Assembly (NCBI GenBank): GCA_001643675.2
Contig: LSRY02000042.1
Coordinates: 186,001-250,000 of the forward strand
Length of the DNA stretch: 64,000 nucleotides
Reading direction: 5' to 3'
Source: Monocercomonoides exilis PA203
Taxonomy: Eukaryota; Protista; Preaxostyla
A model generated the notes under the pieces. It ran no database searches, had not been told where the DNA came from, and saw only the letters and a list, made by a program, of their open reading frames with translations. Both the position numbers and the translations under genes were made by a program. Each line of letters starts with the position of its first letter. The first letter of the stretch is position 1. Positions 11,690 through 23,842 of the stretch are shown in pieces.

Positions 11690-12945
11690 AAATAATATCC
11701 CAAATCTTATTGAACTTATGGAACATTTCCTTTCTCAATCTCCCCTCTCTATTGTTGACCCCGACTTCGGCTGTTGTTTCTCCAGTTCGTTGCTGTCTAT
11801 CCTTCTCTCTACCGCTTTCCTCCTGATGTTGCATGTGAGCAGTGTCCTCTCCGAAAAAACTGTGATCCCCAGATCTTTCTTGGATTAGCGTTATATCTGC
11901 TTGGGAAAATCTGTGTTGTTGAATTCCTTTCTCCTTATGACCATAAGGAATTTGTGGACTTTCTGCTCGTAGCTATGCCAGAAATTGAGGAGCTTGTCGT
12001 TAATCTTGTCTCCTTTAAAATCTGCTCTTGCCGTTCGGTTAATAATCCTGTCACATTCTCTGATTTCATTTGCTCCGCCATCCTATAACCAAATCTTCCT
12101 TGCAGCCTGGTTGTTCTCGCCTCCTGCAAAGCCTTCGCTATTAGCAGCAACGCGTCAGCTCCCCTTTGTGCACTTTCCCGATGAGGGTCTGAGTCAGCCA
12201 AGCTCAGAAGCTGAGCCTTGAAAGCCTGATACAAACACAGCTCTATTCTATATCCCGCAGAATCCAACGCATCATTAAACCAATTGGGGTAAAATATGTC
12301 ACTTCAAGCTATTTCATAGAAAAATTATGCACTTTTAATAGTCTTTTTTTGATCAAAAAATACAAGCTATTTTTTTTTCCTCATTGTAATATTAGTTGTG
12401 TCACAAAACATTATGTTATCATATCATTGATGCCAGTGAACAATAATAAAAAATCCAATTTATTTTGAAATCTGAGATAGTTTACCAAAGTTATGAGTGA
12501 AACCATTATTTTGTCCTTTGTGCAAAAAATGCTTGGAAGTTCATATTTTCCCCCAATTGGCCGATCTTTGGAAGGGGGGAGGCGCTGGCTGCAATACTGG
12601 GCTGAGGTCCTGAAGCATATATTCTTGTTCAATACTTTCTTTTGAAAAGGCAGGAAGTTGAAGATCAAAAATGGATTTATTTGGTTCCTGAACGAAAATT
12701 ATATTATAAACGTCAGCAGCCCTTTCATGAAGGTCTGAGTCTGTTTCTTCTTCTGTGCTTTTTTCTTCGGTTGCTCTAGCCGCTGTTTCTGGAAGACTTG
12801 ATTGAGAAGTTACAGACGCAGAAGAAGGAATTGGTGGAAGGAGCGTTTGGACCCCAAGCTGGCTTTGCACTCCACCTGGCAGTGAGGCTGCTTCGGTTGC
12901 CGGTGTAAGTCCAGTTGTTTGCGGGGAAAATGGTGATTGCATCAT
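11690..12945 (-). mobile_element. gag-like ORF1 of a DIRS-like retrotransposon, interrupted by a MITE and decayed at its 3' end
   Basis: ORFs 12541..13116 and 11935..12267 join in frame once 12286-12554 and one TSD are removed (QRSANW|FNDALDSAGY). The 3' end reads FHKFNKIWDII, resembling the F...W..I start of the RT frame seen at ~840. Confidence 0.5.
12286..12554 (-). mobile_element. MITE family A copy, 269 bp, AATT TSD
   Basis: TIRs GGGGTAAAATATGTCACTTCAAGC / GCTTGGAAGTTCATATTTTCCCCC. aatt at 12282-12285 and 12555-12558. Excision restores the host ORF. Confidence 0.93.
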
Positions 12946-13384
12946 TGATCCGATCGTTGCGACTACCCGTAGATCGTGGTTCTCAATTATAAGAGAAGGA
13001 ATTGATAGAAGATTTTCTTGACAATAAAGGTGCTTATGTGCTTTTATTGAAAAAAGAATTCTTTTTCTTTTCCTTGAAAAAAGTGAGTTTTCCTGTTTCG
13101 ATTTTCTCCTCTGCAAAACTCCCTTTGAACATCAGATATTAATTCAATTCCATGCAAAGAAGATATCCGACTCATGAAACAAAACGTCGCAAAATATGAA
13201 ACCTTTTTCTTTATCACTATTTTTTGTTGGTTTGATCAATAAGAAATAAAACAATTTGTTTTTCTGGCTTTGTTCGGCCAAGATCATTCGATTTGCTGAA
13301 TATTCTGTCTTCACACTACATTTGTTAACAAAAACAATCTGTGGACATTGTTTCCTTTTCATTTTGAAGAAATAGTTAGTGTTA

Positions 13385-13765
13385 ATAATGGTGGACACAT
13401 TCAATAACTGTGAACAGCTGCATTATCTCAACAACCGTTGATAGTTGCTTTTTGACAATTAACCCAATTATTCCCTCAATGAATATGAACTTATATGAAT
13501 TGTTTCAAACACCCATCCAACACAATAAAATTTTTAAAAAGTTTTTTTTATTTTCGGATAAACTCGGAGAAATAATAATATCCGAGTTTCTCCGAATATT
13601 GAAAATGATTTTTTCTTTATTGAAAGAAGCAAGTTGTTTCATTTCTGAATGTCTCATAAGTTTGTATTCATTGAGGGAATAATTGGGTTAATTGTTTAAA
13701 AGCAACGATCAACAGTTGTTGAGATAATGCAGCTGTTCACAGTTATTGAAAGTGTCCACCATTAT
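13385..13765. mobile_element. Foldback/palindromic element, ~380 bp
   Basis: ~110-bp near-perfect arms (ataatggtggacacattcaataactgtgaacagctgc... / ...gcagctgttcacagttattgaaagtgtccaccattat). An inner stem ttcggataaactcgga / tccgagtttctccgaa shares the same centre (~13575). Confidence 0.88.
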
Positions 13766-14186
13766 AAAACCTAAACCAATCTATTAATACAGTGATTATT
13801 TTGGAATTTTTACCCCAAAAATAAAAAAATACTGGGTCAGATCAAAGCTGCCCCGTTCTCTGTGAATATGCCGAAATGTTGGCATTATTGAACCTTGAAA
13901 AAAATATTTAATGAAAAAAGTGAAAAACTTCATTTCAAATAAATATTTTTTATTATTCTAATAAAAGTTTGTGTTTCAGAATAAACACTGTTAATTGGAA
14001 ATAGCAATAATTATTCAAACAAAATAGTCACTCTGTTCTCATTGGATTCAACTTTTGTGAATGAAAAAAAACATGAAATGTCCCATAACACAACAGAATA
14101 TTCGAAGATCAAACATTTTTTATTTAATCACGTGTTTGCAAGCATAAAGTGATTGCCGTTTTATCAGCGAAAAAAAATCCAAGGAA

Positions 14187-15926
14187 ATGGGAAATAAAGT
14201 TGATACGATGAATCCTAAGAGAGATGCAAATGGAAATACCGAGGCTATGAATTGGATTTGGTACAAAAAAACCGAACCACCAAAGAGTATGAGGCATGAT
14301 ATCACACTTAAAGATGAGGATGGATGGACAATGGCAATGAAGTGGATTAATTATGTGAGGACAGAACCACCAGCATGGATGAGGCATGATATCACACTTA
14401 AAGAAATTAGTGGAAGAACAATGGCCATGCTGTGGATTCAGTTAGTTAATAATGAACCTCCGGTTTGGATGAGGCATGACATAACACTTGCTGATAAGGA
14501 AGGACGGACAATGGCCATGATGTGGATTCAAATAATTATAAATGAGCCTCCAGCCTGGATGAGACACGATGCAGCTCTTATAGATGTAGATGGATGGACG
14601 ATGGCGATGAAGTGGATTCATTTTATTAGAAATGAGCCTCCGGTCTGGATGAGACATGATATCACACTTAAAGAAAAAAGTGGAAGAACAATGGCTATGC
14701 TGTGGATTCAATTTGTTGGAAATGAGCCTCCAGAATGGATGAGGCATGATGCAGAGCTTAAGGATAGAAATGGAATGACTGCGGCAATGAAGTGGATTAT
14801 TTTGAAAGAAAATACTCCACCGGAATGGATGAGGCACGATCCTGCGCTTGCGGACAATGATGGTAATACGATGGCGATGCTGTGGATTAAACACGTTAGA
14901 ACGGAGGTTCTGGGATGGATGAGGCACGACGTCACTCTGCGCAACAAGGAAGGGTGGACGATGGCGATGATGTGGATTGAAAATGTGAAAACGGAGCCGC
15001 CGGAATGGATGAGACACGATCCCGGGCTTGCGAACAATGATGGGTGGACGATGGAGATGCTGTGGATAAAGCGCATCAAAGCAAACCCTCCAGAGTGGAT
15101 GAAGACGGGCAATGCGCCTCGGGACAAAGAAAAGAGAAGAGACTGGGAGAGATGTGAAAACGAGAGAAAATGCGAAAGTTTGGAGGAAAGAAAGGAAGAA
15201 GTGAAAGTTTTTGACAGAAATGGAAGAACAGAGGCGATGCGCTGGATTGTGGAAAAAAGATCAGAGCCGCCAGAGGAAATGAGGCACGAGGCGACGACTG
15301 GAGACGAGGAAGGAAGAACAATGGCGATGCTGTGGATAGAGAATGTGAAGAGCGAGCCGCCGGAATGGATGAGGCACGATGTGGGGCGTGGGGACATGTA
15401 TGGGAGAACGATGGGGATGACATGGATTGCGAATGTGAAAACAGAGCCGCCGGAGTGGATGCGGCACAGGGGGATGCAAGTGGACAAGGACGGGTGGACG
15501 ATGGCGATGCACTGGATCAGGCACGTGAAGACAGAACCTCCGGAGTGGATGCGGCATGAGGTTACGGTTGGGGACGGGAACGGATGGACGATGGGGATGC
15601 ACTGGATTGCGAATGTGCAAAGAGAGCCGCCGGAGTGGATGAGGCACGGAGCAATATTTGGTGACCAGAATGGAATGACGATGGGGATGCACTGGATTAC
15701 GTGGGTGAAGACAGCGCCGCCGGAGTGGATGAGGCACAGCAGGACGCAGGTTGACAAGGATGGGAGGACGATGGCGATGCTGTGGATTGCGAATGTTAAG
15801 AGCGAACCGCCAGAGTGGATGAGGCACGATGCAAACATCAGCAACAAGGTTGGGTGGACGATGAAGACATTTTGGAAGAACTATGTTGAGAGCGAGGTTC
15901 CTGAGTGGATGAAAGGGGACGGCTAG
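14187..15926 (+). CDS. Intronless 579-aa protein of 18 tandem 30-aa repeats in two blocks (10+8); ankyrin-like GxTxAM core
   Basis: Consensus DxxLxDxxGxTMAMxWIxxVxxEPPEWMRH. Intact ORF from ATG to TAG with a charged linker between the blocks. Confidence 0.9.
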   Translation: MGNKVDTMNPKRDANGNTEAMNWIWYKKTEPPKSMRHDITLKDEDGWTMAMKWINYVRTEPPAWMRHDITLKEISGRTMAMLWIQLVNNEPPVWMRHDITLADKEGRTMAMMWIQIIINEPPAWMRHDAALIDVDGWTMAMKWIHFIRNEPPVWMRHDITLKEKSGRTMAMLWIQFVGNEPPEWMRHDAELKDRNGMTAAMKWIILKENTPPEWMRHDPALADNDGNTMAMLWIKHVRTEVLGWMRHDVTLRNKEGWTMAMMWIENVKTEPPEWMRHDPGLANNDGWTMEMLWIKRIKANPPEWMKTGNAPRDKEKRRDWERCENERKCESLEERKEEVKVFDRNGRTEAMRWIVEKRSEPPEEMRHEATTGDEEGRTMAMLWIENVKSEPPEWMRHDVGRGDMYGRTMGMTWIANVKTEPPEWMRHRGMQVDKDGWTMAMHWIRHVKTEPPEWMRHEVTVGDGNGWTMGMHWIANVQREPPEWMRHGAIFGDQNGMTMGMHWITWVKTAPPEWMRHSRTQVDKDGRTMAMLWIANVKSEPPEWMRHDANISNKVGWTMKTFWKNYVESEVPEWMKGDG

Positions 15927-17329
15927 TTTGAGTGATTGCTTTGATTGCTCGGCTGCTGTGTGGATGGCTGAACAAAATCCGTTCATCAATTGAAGTGAAC
16001 GTCATGTCATTGTTTTTTGATTTCTACCAATTTTTTGGTGCAACTTTTCATTTTTTTCAGAAAATGAAAGATTTTTATTGCTTTATGATTTTCATTTTTG
16101 TATCTCTGCATTCAATTTGTATTTGTTTGTTAATTTTATTGCTTGTTGATTTGAGACTCACTTCAGCATTTTCCAACGTTTTTGCTTTGATGGCAAACAA
16201 AAGACATCATGAAATGATGATTGCAAATGCATTGTTTATCAAAGCCAATAAATTCATTTTGTCTGATAAAGTGAAAATGGAATATTTTTTTTCAAAATTT
16301 GAGAACATTTCCAACCATTGTTTTTCTTTTTTTGAAAGGTTTAGGCTTCAAATGGCTTCTGTTTTTCTTTTTTCATTTGAGCAGTTCCTTTCAAAAGGTT
16401 GAAAATGCCTTTTATTATTTTGATTCATAATGAGCATTTGAAACCAACTAATTAACTTGAACAACAAATTTTTCAGTTTTTTATTGTGAAAACAACATGA
16501 ATTGACAAACAAAATGGTGATGTTTGAACGGTCGGTTTCTGAAAATCACCAAATTAATGTGAGTATTTTTTCATCAAGAAAACAGAACATCATTGACTTG
16601 AGAAAAAGTTTTGATCATTTAGAAATTGTTATTTTTTTGGTTTTCAAAAAACTCACAAATCAATTGAAAATACAACAGAATTGATTATTAATGTGTTTTT
16701 TTAATATTAAATCAATTTTGTTTGTTGTGAATTGGTTATTGAACATTTTGAAGGATTTCACCTTTTCTCCATTCCACTCATGAACAGAAATAATTCGACT
16801 TTTGCACATTCATGTTTTTCTTGTCTCTGACGTTCAATGGTTTTTTGGTTGTATCAGAAAAAGATGGTATTCTTTCAAAATTGAAATCAAAACAACCATT
16901 CGTATTTTCTCCTGATACATTCGAATGTTTGAATATTCCTATTTTCATATCCATGAGATGAACAAACACGATGTGTTTATCCTTCATATCTCTTTGAAAT
17001 GTCTTCAAACTGTTTTGCCAATTCTCTTGCTTTGTTCAATACTCATTCCTTTCTATAATAGAAGATTTGATTTTATCAAATGATAACCATTGAATTGTTT
17101 TGCGATTAACAAAAATAATTCATTTCTTTTTAACTGAAACATTCAAAAATTAAAAAAAAAAACCAATTTATTTCAAAAAGGAATTCTTTTATTTTCTTTC
17201 TCAAGAAATCAAATAAGATTGGAAACATTTGGAAAATATTTTTTTTAAATAATCAACTTTTTGTCACAATTTTTTCTTTTCATTTCATGGGGAAAATTCA
17301 CAATTTTTCATGACTGAACCAAATTTGAT

Positions 17330-18370
17330 CAAAAATGATAATTCGATTTCAAATCTGAGTTGTGCTTTTTGTGATGGAGAAAAGGCTTGGAACTGGTATT
17401 TGTAACAGTTGTGAGTGAAGAAATATCGTTTTTATGAGGAATTGACAAGATTGAAAAAACGAGCTGAGTTGAAGAATGAAACAGACATTGGATATTCTCA
17501 TGATGAAGAAAATTCAAGAGTTCAGTTCAGGAAGGGACAGTATTCGAAAATATGAAAATGCCTTTATTCGTGACTCCGCTGATAATGATATATCTCTTGT
17601 TCTAAAGTCAAGTTTATTCAATTTCACAAACACCACAAGAAAACAGAAAGACGATATTTTTTTGGACAAGCGTGTTGACGAACAACATTTATCGCAATTT
17701 GATTCCGAAACAAGAAAAAAATAGGAAAGGAATGGAAAATAGTGGAGAAAGATAAAACTGTCTGGAGAAGAAGGAAATACAACAAATGAGGAAAGAAAAA
17801 GATTTATGTGATATGTTGGAAGAGCTGAAAGATTGGAAGGTGGAAGTGCATGTGAACAATTCACGATAATTGTTCCAACAAAACAAAAGACACACGAAAA
17901 CTAATAATTCTGAATCAAATGAATATTGACACAATTATCAATTCAGATGAATGGAAAACTTTCCAATGTTTGTATTCATATGACTATTTGCATGAAACGG
18001 TTTTCTCCAATTACGAGTTGTTTGGAAAAGAGAATATGAATATCATTAACATGATAAAAGAGTTGTGAGAGCATTTGATTTCAGTATTCCATTTTTCTTG
18101 AATGAAAATACATCACTTTGCTAATCAGATTGAAATGTTTAATTGTCAAAAGCTCATTTGAATTTCAGTTGAATTTTTAATGAAAGAATTGATTCATTGT
18201 GAACCTGAAGAAATAAAAGAAATAATAATTATGAAGTCTTGGAAGAAATGGAATTAAAAGAAATAGGAGATTCCAATAATCTGTTTTCTGAAAATGGAGA
18301 AGAAAATGATGAATTGGATAGATTAAGAGAAGGAAATGAAGAAAGTTTGACTAAATTTTGCATATGAGAT
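17330..18370 (+). pseudogene. Heavily decayed coding remnant, possibly a Mutator-like transposase
   Basis: Fragments AFCDGEKA (~17365) and ANQIEMFN (~18120) resemble MULE DDE motifs. Many stops and frameshifts. Confidence 0.25.
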
Positions 18371-18473
18371 AAATACTTTTTTCTGTCTCAAACTGTTTTG
18401 AAAATCTTTTGTTCGAAAACACAAGTGTTCCGAATAATCATTTTTTTTTTTTTTTGAAAAATTATTATATCAA

Positions 18474-18740
18474 GAAGGAAAACGGACTTTCAAGCTTTTT
18501 TTTTGCACAAAGCACTAAAAAAATTGTTCAGCTCATAACTTTTTTAAACTTTCTCAGATTTCTTCAGAAATTGGATTTTCAAACTGAAAACAGGTGTCAT
18601 TGAAATCAAAACATAAAATATAGTGATGTGATTTGTATTTGATATGATGGACCTGTTTTGTTTATATTTTTCGATAACAAAAGGTTAACAAAAGTGCCTC
18701 ATTTTTCTGAGAAAATGCTTGAATTTTCATATTTTCCCTC
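18474..18740 (+). mobile_element. MITE family A copy, ~267 bp, left end decayed
   Basis: Colinear with 47874-48141 (cggactttcaagcttttttt...ctcataactt...tgaaatcaaaacataaaat). Right TIR gcttgaattttcatattttccctc. Confidence 0.8.
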
Positions 18741-19133
18741 AAATGAAAAAAAAAAGAAAAGGCTGATTGCGTAACTTTTGATCTCGGCATCTGATTGATT
18801 ATTCCTTTTATTAATCTATGTCATTATGAAAATAGTGAATCTTTTGTCACAAACAGAATCGATAACAAAATTATGGGTGGAACATAATTGAGAAAAAAAT
18901 TTTTTCCCCATTTCAGTTTGTTTGATCAAAGTTAAAATATTGCTTTTCAAACTTTTGAAAAGCCAAGATCATTTTTTTTTGTGGTTTATCTAATTTTGGA
19001 AATACCAGAATTATTGAAGTTTGAGAGCTGAGAGTTTTTTTTTTTTTTGAAAAGCGATTTTTTTGTAATTTTATGATTGTATTTGATTACCTGGAATATT
19101 ATCAACGAATTGATCGTATCTCTTATTAACAGG

Positions 19134-20581
19134 ATGGAAATGAAGATTTGTTGTAAGCCAGTTCGTGATATTTCGAAGATGCCATTAGCGGAAAGATTTT
19201 CCAGTTTGTTCATGTTTTTCTTTTGCTAATTTGAACATTTATGAAAAAAATTTTAACATATAAAAGAGTTGATTTCGATGTTTAATATATGTAGCGAAGC
19301 ACAGCAGATGGTTTCAATCAAAGAATTAAACACAATGATGGAAAAAATGGAAAAAACTGAATTTAATGATGCTTTAACAGTTGAACTGTTTAACAAAATC
19401 AATGGAATGATTGGCGGAAACAAAATAATTCCAAACGAAGCTATCATCTTGATAAAGCAAATCGGATATTGGAAAGCAATGAAAATCATCTCAAATTGTA
19501 ATTTCAAATCTTCTTTATTGAGCAAAAGATTTGAATTGATTATTTCTAAAGAAAAGAACGAAAAGCTTCTAGCTGATCTTTGTGAATGCTATCTTTTGCT
19601 TTATGATAGCTACATTAACGAAGAAATGAATTCGACATGCTTGCCTTGCCTTCTGAAAGTTGCATCAGACAAAGAGGAAAGTCCAGAAGCACAAAAGGAA
19701 GTGGAACTGGCGTTGCTGGCGCTGAGTGAAGCCAGTCGGGTGATGGTTGGACTTTTTTAATTTTGCTTTTAATTTTTTAGTTTTTTTTGATTTTTTATTC
19801 TTTTGAACAGAGAGTTAAACAAGAAGATCATCTGACCGAGGTGGTGAAAATCATTGTTTATCATGAAGAGCATCACAATCTGACTAAATTAGCATTTCAG
19901 TCAGCTTGGCGACTTATGATCTTCAACTTGCCCAACGATGTTGGGTTGCAATTTATTGTTGTGAATATGATGAATTTTGCAGGAGTGGCGAAAAGAGAAC
20001 TGGAAGAGCTAGCAAAAAGTTTGGAATGGAAGAGGAAAGAAGAAGGAAAAGAGAAGAGCGGTGCAGAATCAGGAGCAGCACAACTGATGATACGGTGGTT
20101 TGTTGTGATAGACACTTTCTTTGTTTCATGCAGCTTATTTGACAAAGAATACAGCGAATTGATACGTTTCATTGTTGAGCTATACAGAGCAGTAAGAGAG
20201 AATGAACGAGAAATACTGGACAGGTGTAATTTTGTATTATTTTTGGTATCGCACAAGCTCAACATTGGAATCGATACTTTGATGGAGTGTGGGGTTTTGG
20301 ATGTGATTTCAGAGGAGCTTAGGCAGCTGAATTTGGAAGACAAGGTGATTAGAGATTGCCTGTCGATCTATTTGCATATAACAAGAAGATTGAGCAGTAA
20401 ATGTGAAGATGAAACTGAAGAAGAGAAAAGAAAGATAATCAAAAAGAAGATGGCAGAAAAAATAGAGGAAGAAGGATTGGAAGATATTATCACAAGCCTT
20501 CATGAAACATTTGATTATTATAACAGAGAATACGATGCTTATTTATCGTTGAACATTTCTGAATACTTTGTGAATCTTTGA
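19134..20581 (+). CDS. Expanded helical (ARM/HEAT-like) family protein, copy 1 (divergent); exons 19134-19203, 19267-19745, 19811-20581
   Basis: Family motifs LLADLCECYLLL, CLLKVA...QKEVELALLAL, YHEEHHNLT, EEEGLED, LNISEYFVN. GT-AG introns give an open frame. Confidence 0.85.
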
Positions 20582-21099
20582 GGAATATGAATATTTTGCG
20601 CTTTGTAACTCAAAAAAAAAAAAAAAAAAAAAGAAAAGAAAAAAGAAAAAAAAAAAGAAAGAAAAAGAAAAGAAAGAAAGAAAAGAAATAATAAAAAGAA
20701 AAAATAAAAAAGAAAAGAAAAAGAAAAATAAAAGAAAAGAAATAATTAGAAGAAAAGATAAAAGAAAAGAAAAAGAAAGAAAGAAGAAAAATAATTAATT
20801 ATTTATTATTTATTATATTTTATTTTCTATTTTTTTTTTTTTTTTAATCACGTCATAATTTGATAAATATTTGAGGTTTTTGTGGAAATTTTCGAGAAGT
20901 ATTATTTTCTATGGAATATTAAAAGATAACAAAATTGAAATATCAACAAATGTGTTTAATTTCAAAACAATTTATAATCACTCAAATAACAATTATCACT
21001 TCCATTATTGAGAAAAGTCATTATTCATTTCTTCTTTCTTTATCTCAAGTGAACTCTTTTCATCTGCGAAATCTTCTTCATCTCTTTGAACCTTTGAAA

Positions 21100-22700
21100 C
21101 ACCAAAGGAATTCAGAAGAGCGAAGTTGACTGAGAATGAGAGCTGTCCTTATTTTTATAATAAAAATGAGAAGAAGTTGAAACATTCTTTTTTGAAACAG
21201 CAGGAACAGAAAAAGCTGAAAAGAAAATGAAAAATGGATCAATTTACAAGCAGCTTTTCAAAGAAGCAAATGAATGAATATCATTGAAAAAGTGTCTTTG
21301 GAATGCCTATTTCATGATCTTTAAAATGAATGTTCAACATCCCTCTCAAGTCTTCAAAAAAGTGGATATTTGGCAAACATAATTCTCAACTCAAAGTTTT
21401 TCTTGTTTGTGTGTACATCATTTCAATGGTTTCCAAATGACAAGAGAACTATATTTCCTTCGCAATGAATGAAAATGATAAGACCAATCATAAAATTTTC
21501 TCAATTCATATGAAAATTTCATCAGGCCATTCATTGCTTGTTGAAAAATCGAATCCCTTTCATTTTGATGAGTGATATTTGATGTTTCTCTATTTCTTTC
21601 TTTCTTTCCTCTTTTCACTATTTTCAGCATTTCCTCAATTATTCAAAGTTGACTTTCTGCTTCAAACATAAATAAGTTAAAGTGAAGCAGAGATAGACAA
21701 CTTTAGAAAGACATGTTTGAACAAAACAATGGAGTTGAGGTATTCTCTTGAAAAATGAAGAATTCGGAATTTTGTTGAAATTCAGTTCTCTCTTGGATTA
21801 ATTTGTTTGGACTGATTGAGTCGAAGAAAGCAATGATGAGTGAATGGAATATGATGATTGTTTGAAGTGCGTTTTGGAGAAGAATGGTAATTCACAACCA
21901 TTCAGTTCAGTTTGGCATATTTTTTCTTATTTTTATCTTTTTTTGTGTGTGTGTTAGTGTTTTTCTGATAAGCTTGTTTGCCAAAATCCTTCAAACACTC
22001 CTCAATTTCCTCTCTTTCTCTTTCTCACTCGCTTTTGTTCTCTTTCATCCACCTTTTCTTCACTTGTTTCACTCAAATATTCTTTCATCCATAAACTCTC
22101 TTCACCATTAACTTGCAAAAGGCATTGGCACAATGTGTTTTTCTCCATCAATCCAGAAGCTTCTTCCTCTTCTCAGACTTGTCTCTCTTTCGTTATCCTT
22201 TTCCAATCCCTTTTTGGAATTCTTCCAAAGGTCTAATTCCAATTCTTCCCTGACTCTTTTCCAAAGCCATTCAATCCCTCTCCATTCAACAGAAATTTTC
22301 GCAAAATCAATTCAAAAAGTTAAAAATGAAAATAGCAAACTTCCAGAAATGTTGAAACCTGTTTCAATGTTGTATTCTTCAGATAATGTTATATTTCATC
22401 ACAAAAATTCATTTTTCATTATTTTTTCAAAACTCTTTCACAAAGCTTCGCTGACCATACCTTTTCAGCTATATCCCACATTTGAATGAGTTGATTTCCA
22501 ACATTCCGAAAAAAGTGAGACTCTTTATTTCATATTCAAAAAAATGTTCACGCCAGACGCACTACCAATCCATTTGTTCTGTTTCATTGAAAATGCTCTT
22601 TACAGCATTCAAGAAATATTCTTCCAAAAAAAGAAGATATTCTCCTCTTTTTTGAAACAAATCTGATTTGTTGGACTATGGAAAGGAAATGGATGAAAAT
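21100..22700 (-). pseudogene. Decayed coding-like sequence lying head-to-head with family copy 2; paralogous to ~29000-30490
   Basis: 22570-22690 aligns with 30370-30490 (attcaagaaatattcttccaa...tctgatttgttgg...atggaaagg). The minus strand is purine-rich and coding-like with many stops. Confidence 0.35.
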
Positions 22701-23165
22701 ATCCTCACAACAAATTGATAAATAATAAATGCAAACGTTTATTGATTTTCGTATTTATCAAATAATTGTTGTAAATGCTTCGTCGAACAAACAATAAAAT
22801 AATCAGACATAATTCGATGGTTTGCATTGTCTTTCCAGTGACTCATGTTAATCCCAGGAATTCCTTGAATATATCGTAGTTAATGATCATTCACCTCACT
22901 CTCATTTTTCAAATTCATTTTTCAGTTCAAAGAAACAATTTTGATCAATGTACCCATAACAACAAAAATTTATTTTTAAAACTCATTCTTTCTCCGTTAT
23001 TGATTGCCAAAAATACAAATGCTAAAAACGACGGTATGAGTGTTGATATTTTTATTTCTGCATTGAGTTTCAAATTATACACAAACTTTATTTTATCAAA
23101 CATGAACACTTTCAATGTGAATTATATAAATTGCTTTGTTTTCTGAATGAAATTCTTCACCAAAA

Positions 23166-23777
23166 ATGCAGGAGATGGGCAACACAAAAAAATTCGAAGG
23201 TTTGCAATTACAGTTGCATCTTAATTCATATTGCTTGGAATTCTTTCTTTCTTTTTTATTGAAGAATTGTTCAATGAACTTGAAGATTGCGATGAGGAAG
23301 ATCAAAGACAGAAAATCATTGAAATGAGCAAAGTGTTGGAAAGGATGGACAAAGGAGATTTCTATTTTATTTTCACGAAAACGCTGTTCGACAAAATATC
23401 CATAAAGATTGAAGAAAATAAAATATCAATTAATAAAACAGCGATGATGTTGAAACATGTTGGATATTACAGAGCATTAAAGCGATTAGACACATTTTGT
23501 TTTGAAAGATCTTCATTGAATCAACGATTTGAAGAGATGATAATAGAAGAAGAAAAGAAAAAGGAAGAGAAAAATGAAAAACTTTTAATTGATCTTTGCG
23601 AATGCTATCTCACATTAAATAAATATCCTTCTTCGAAATTCATATTGGTCTGTGTTCCCTGTCTTCTGAAAGCTGCATTGAAGAAAGGGAACGATGAGAA
23701 TACTCAAGAGGAAATCGAAATGGCTTTGCTGGCTTTGAGACAAGTTGAGGAATATGATGTTTGATATCATTTGACAA

Positions 23778-23842
<65 letters not shown>

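Noticed and set aside
14187-15926. CRISPR-like array from the regular 90-bp periodicity
   Set aside because: The repeats are protein-coding with synonymous variation. There are no unique spacers or cas genes, and the context is eukaryotic.
14442-15989. Long antisense ORFs (e.g. 14708..15847)
   Set aside because: Shadow frames of the repeat gene.
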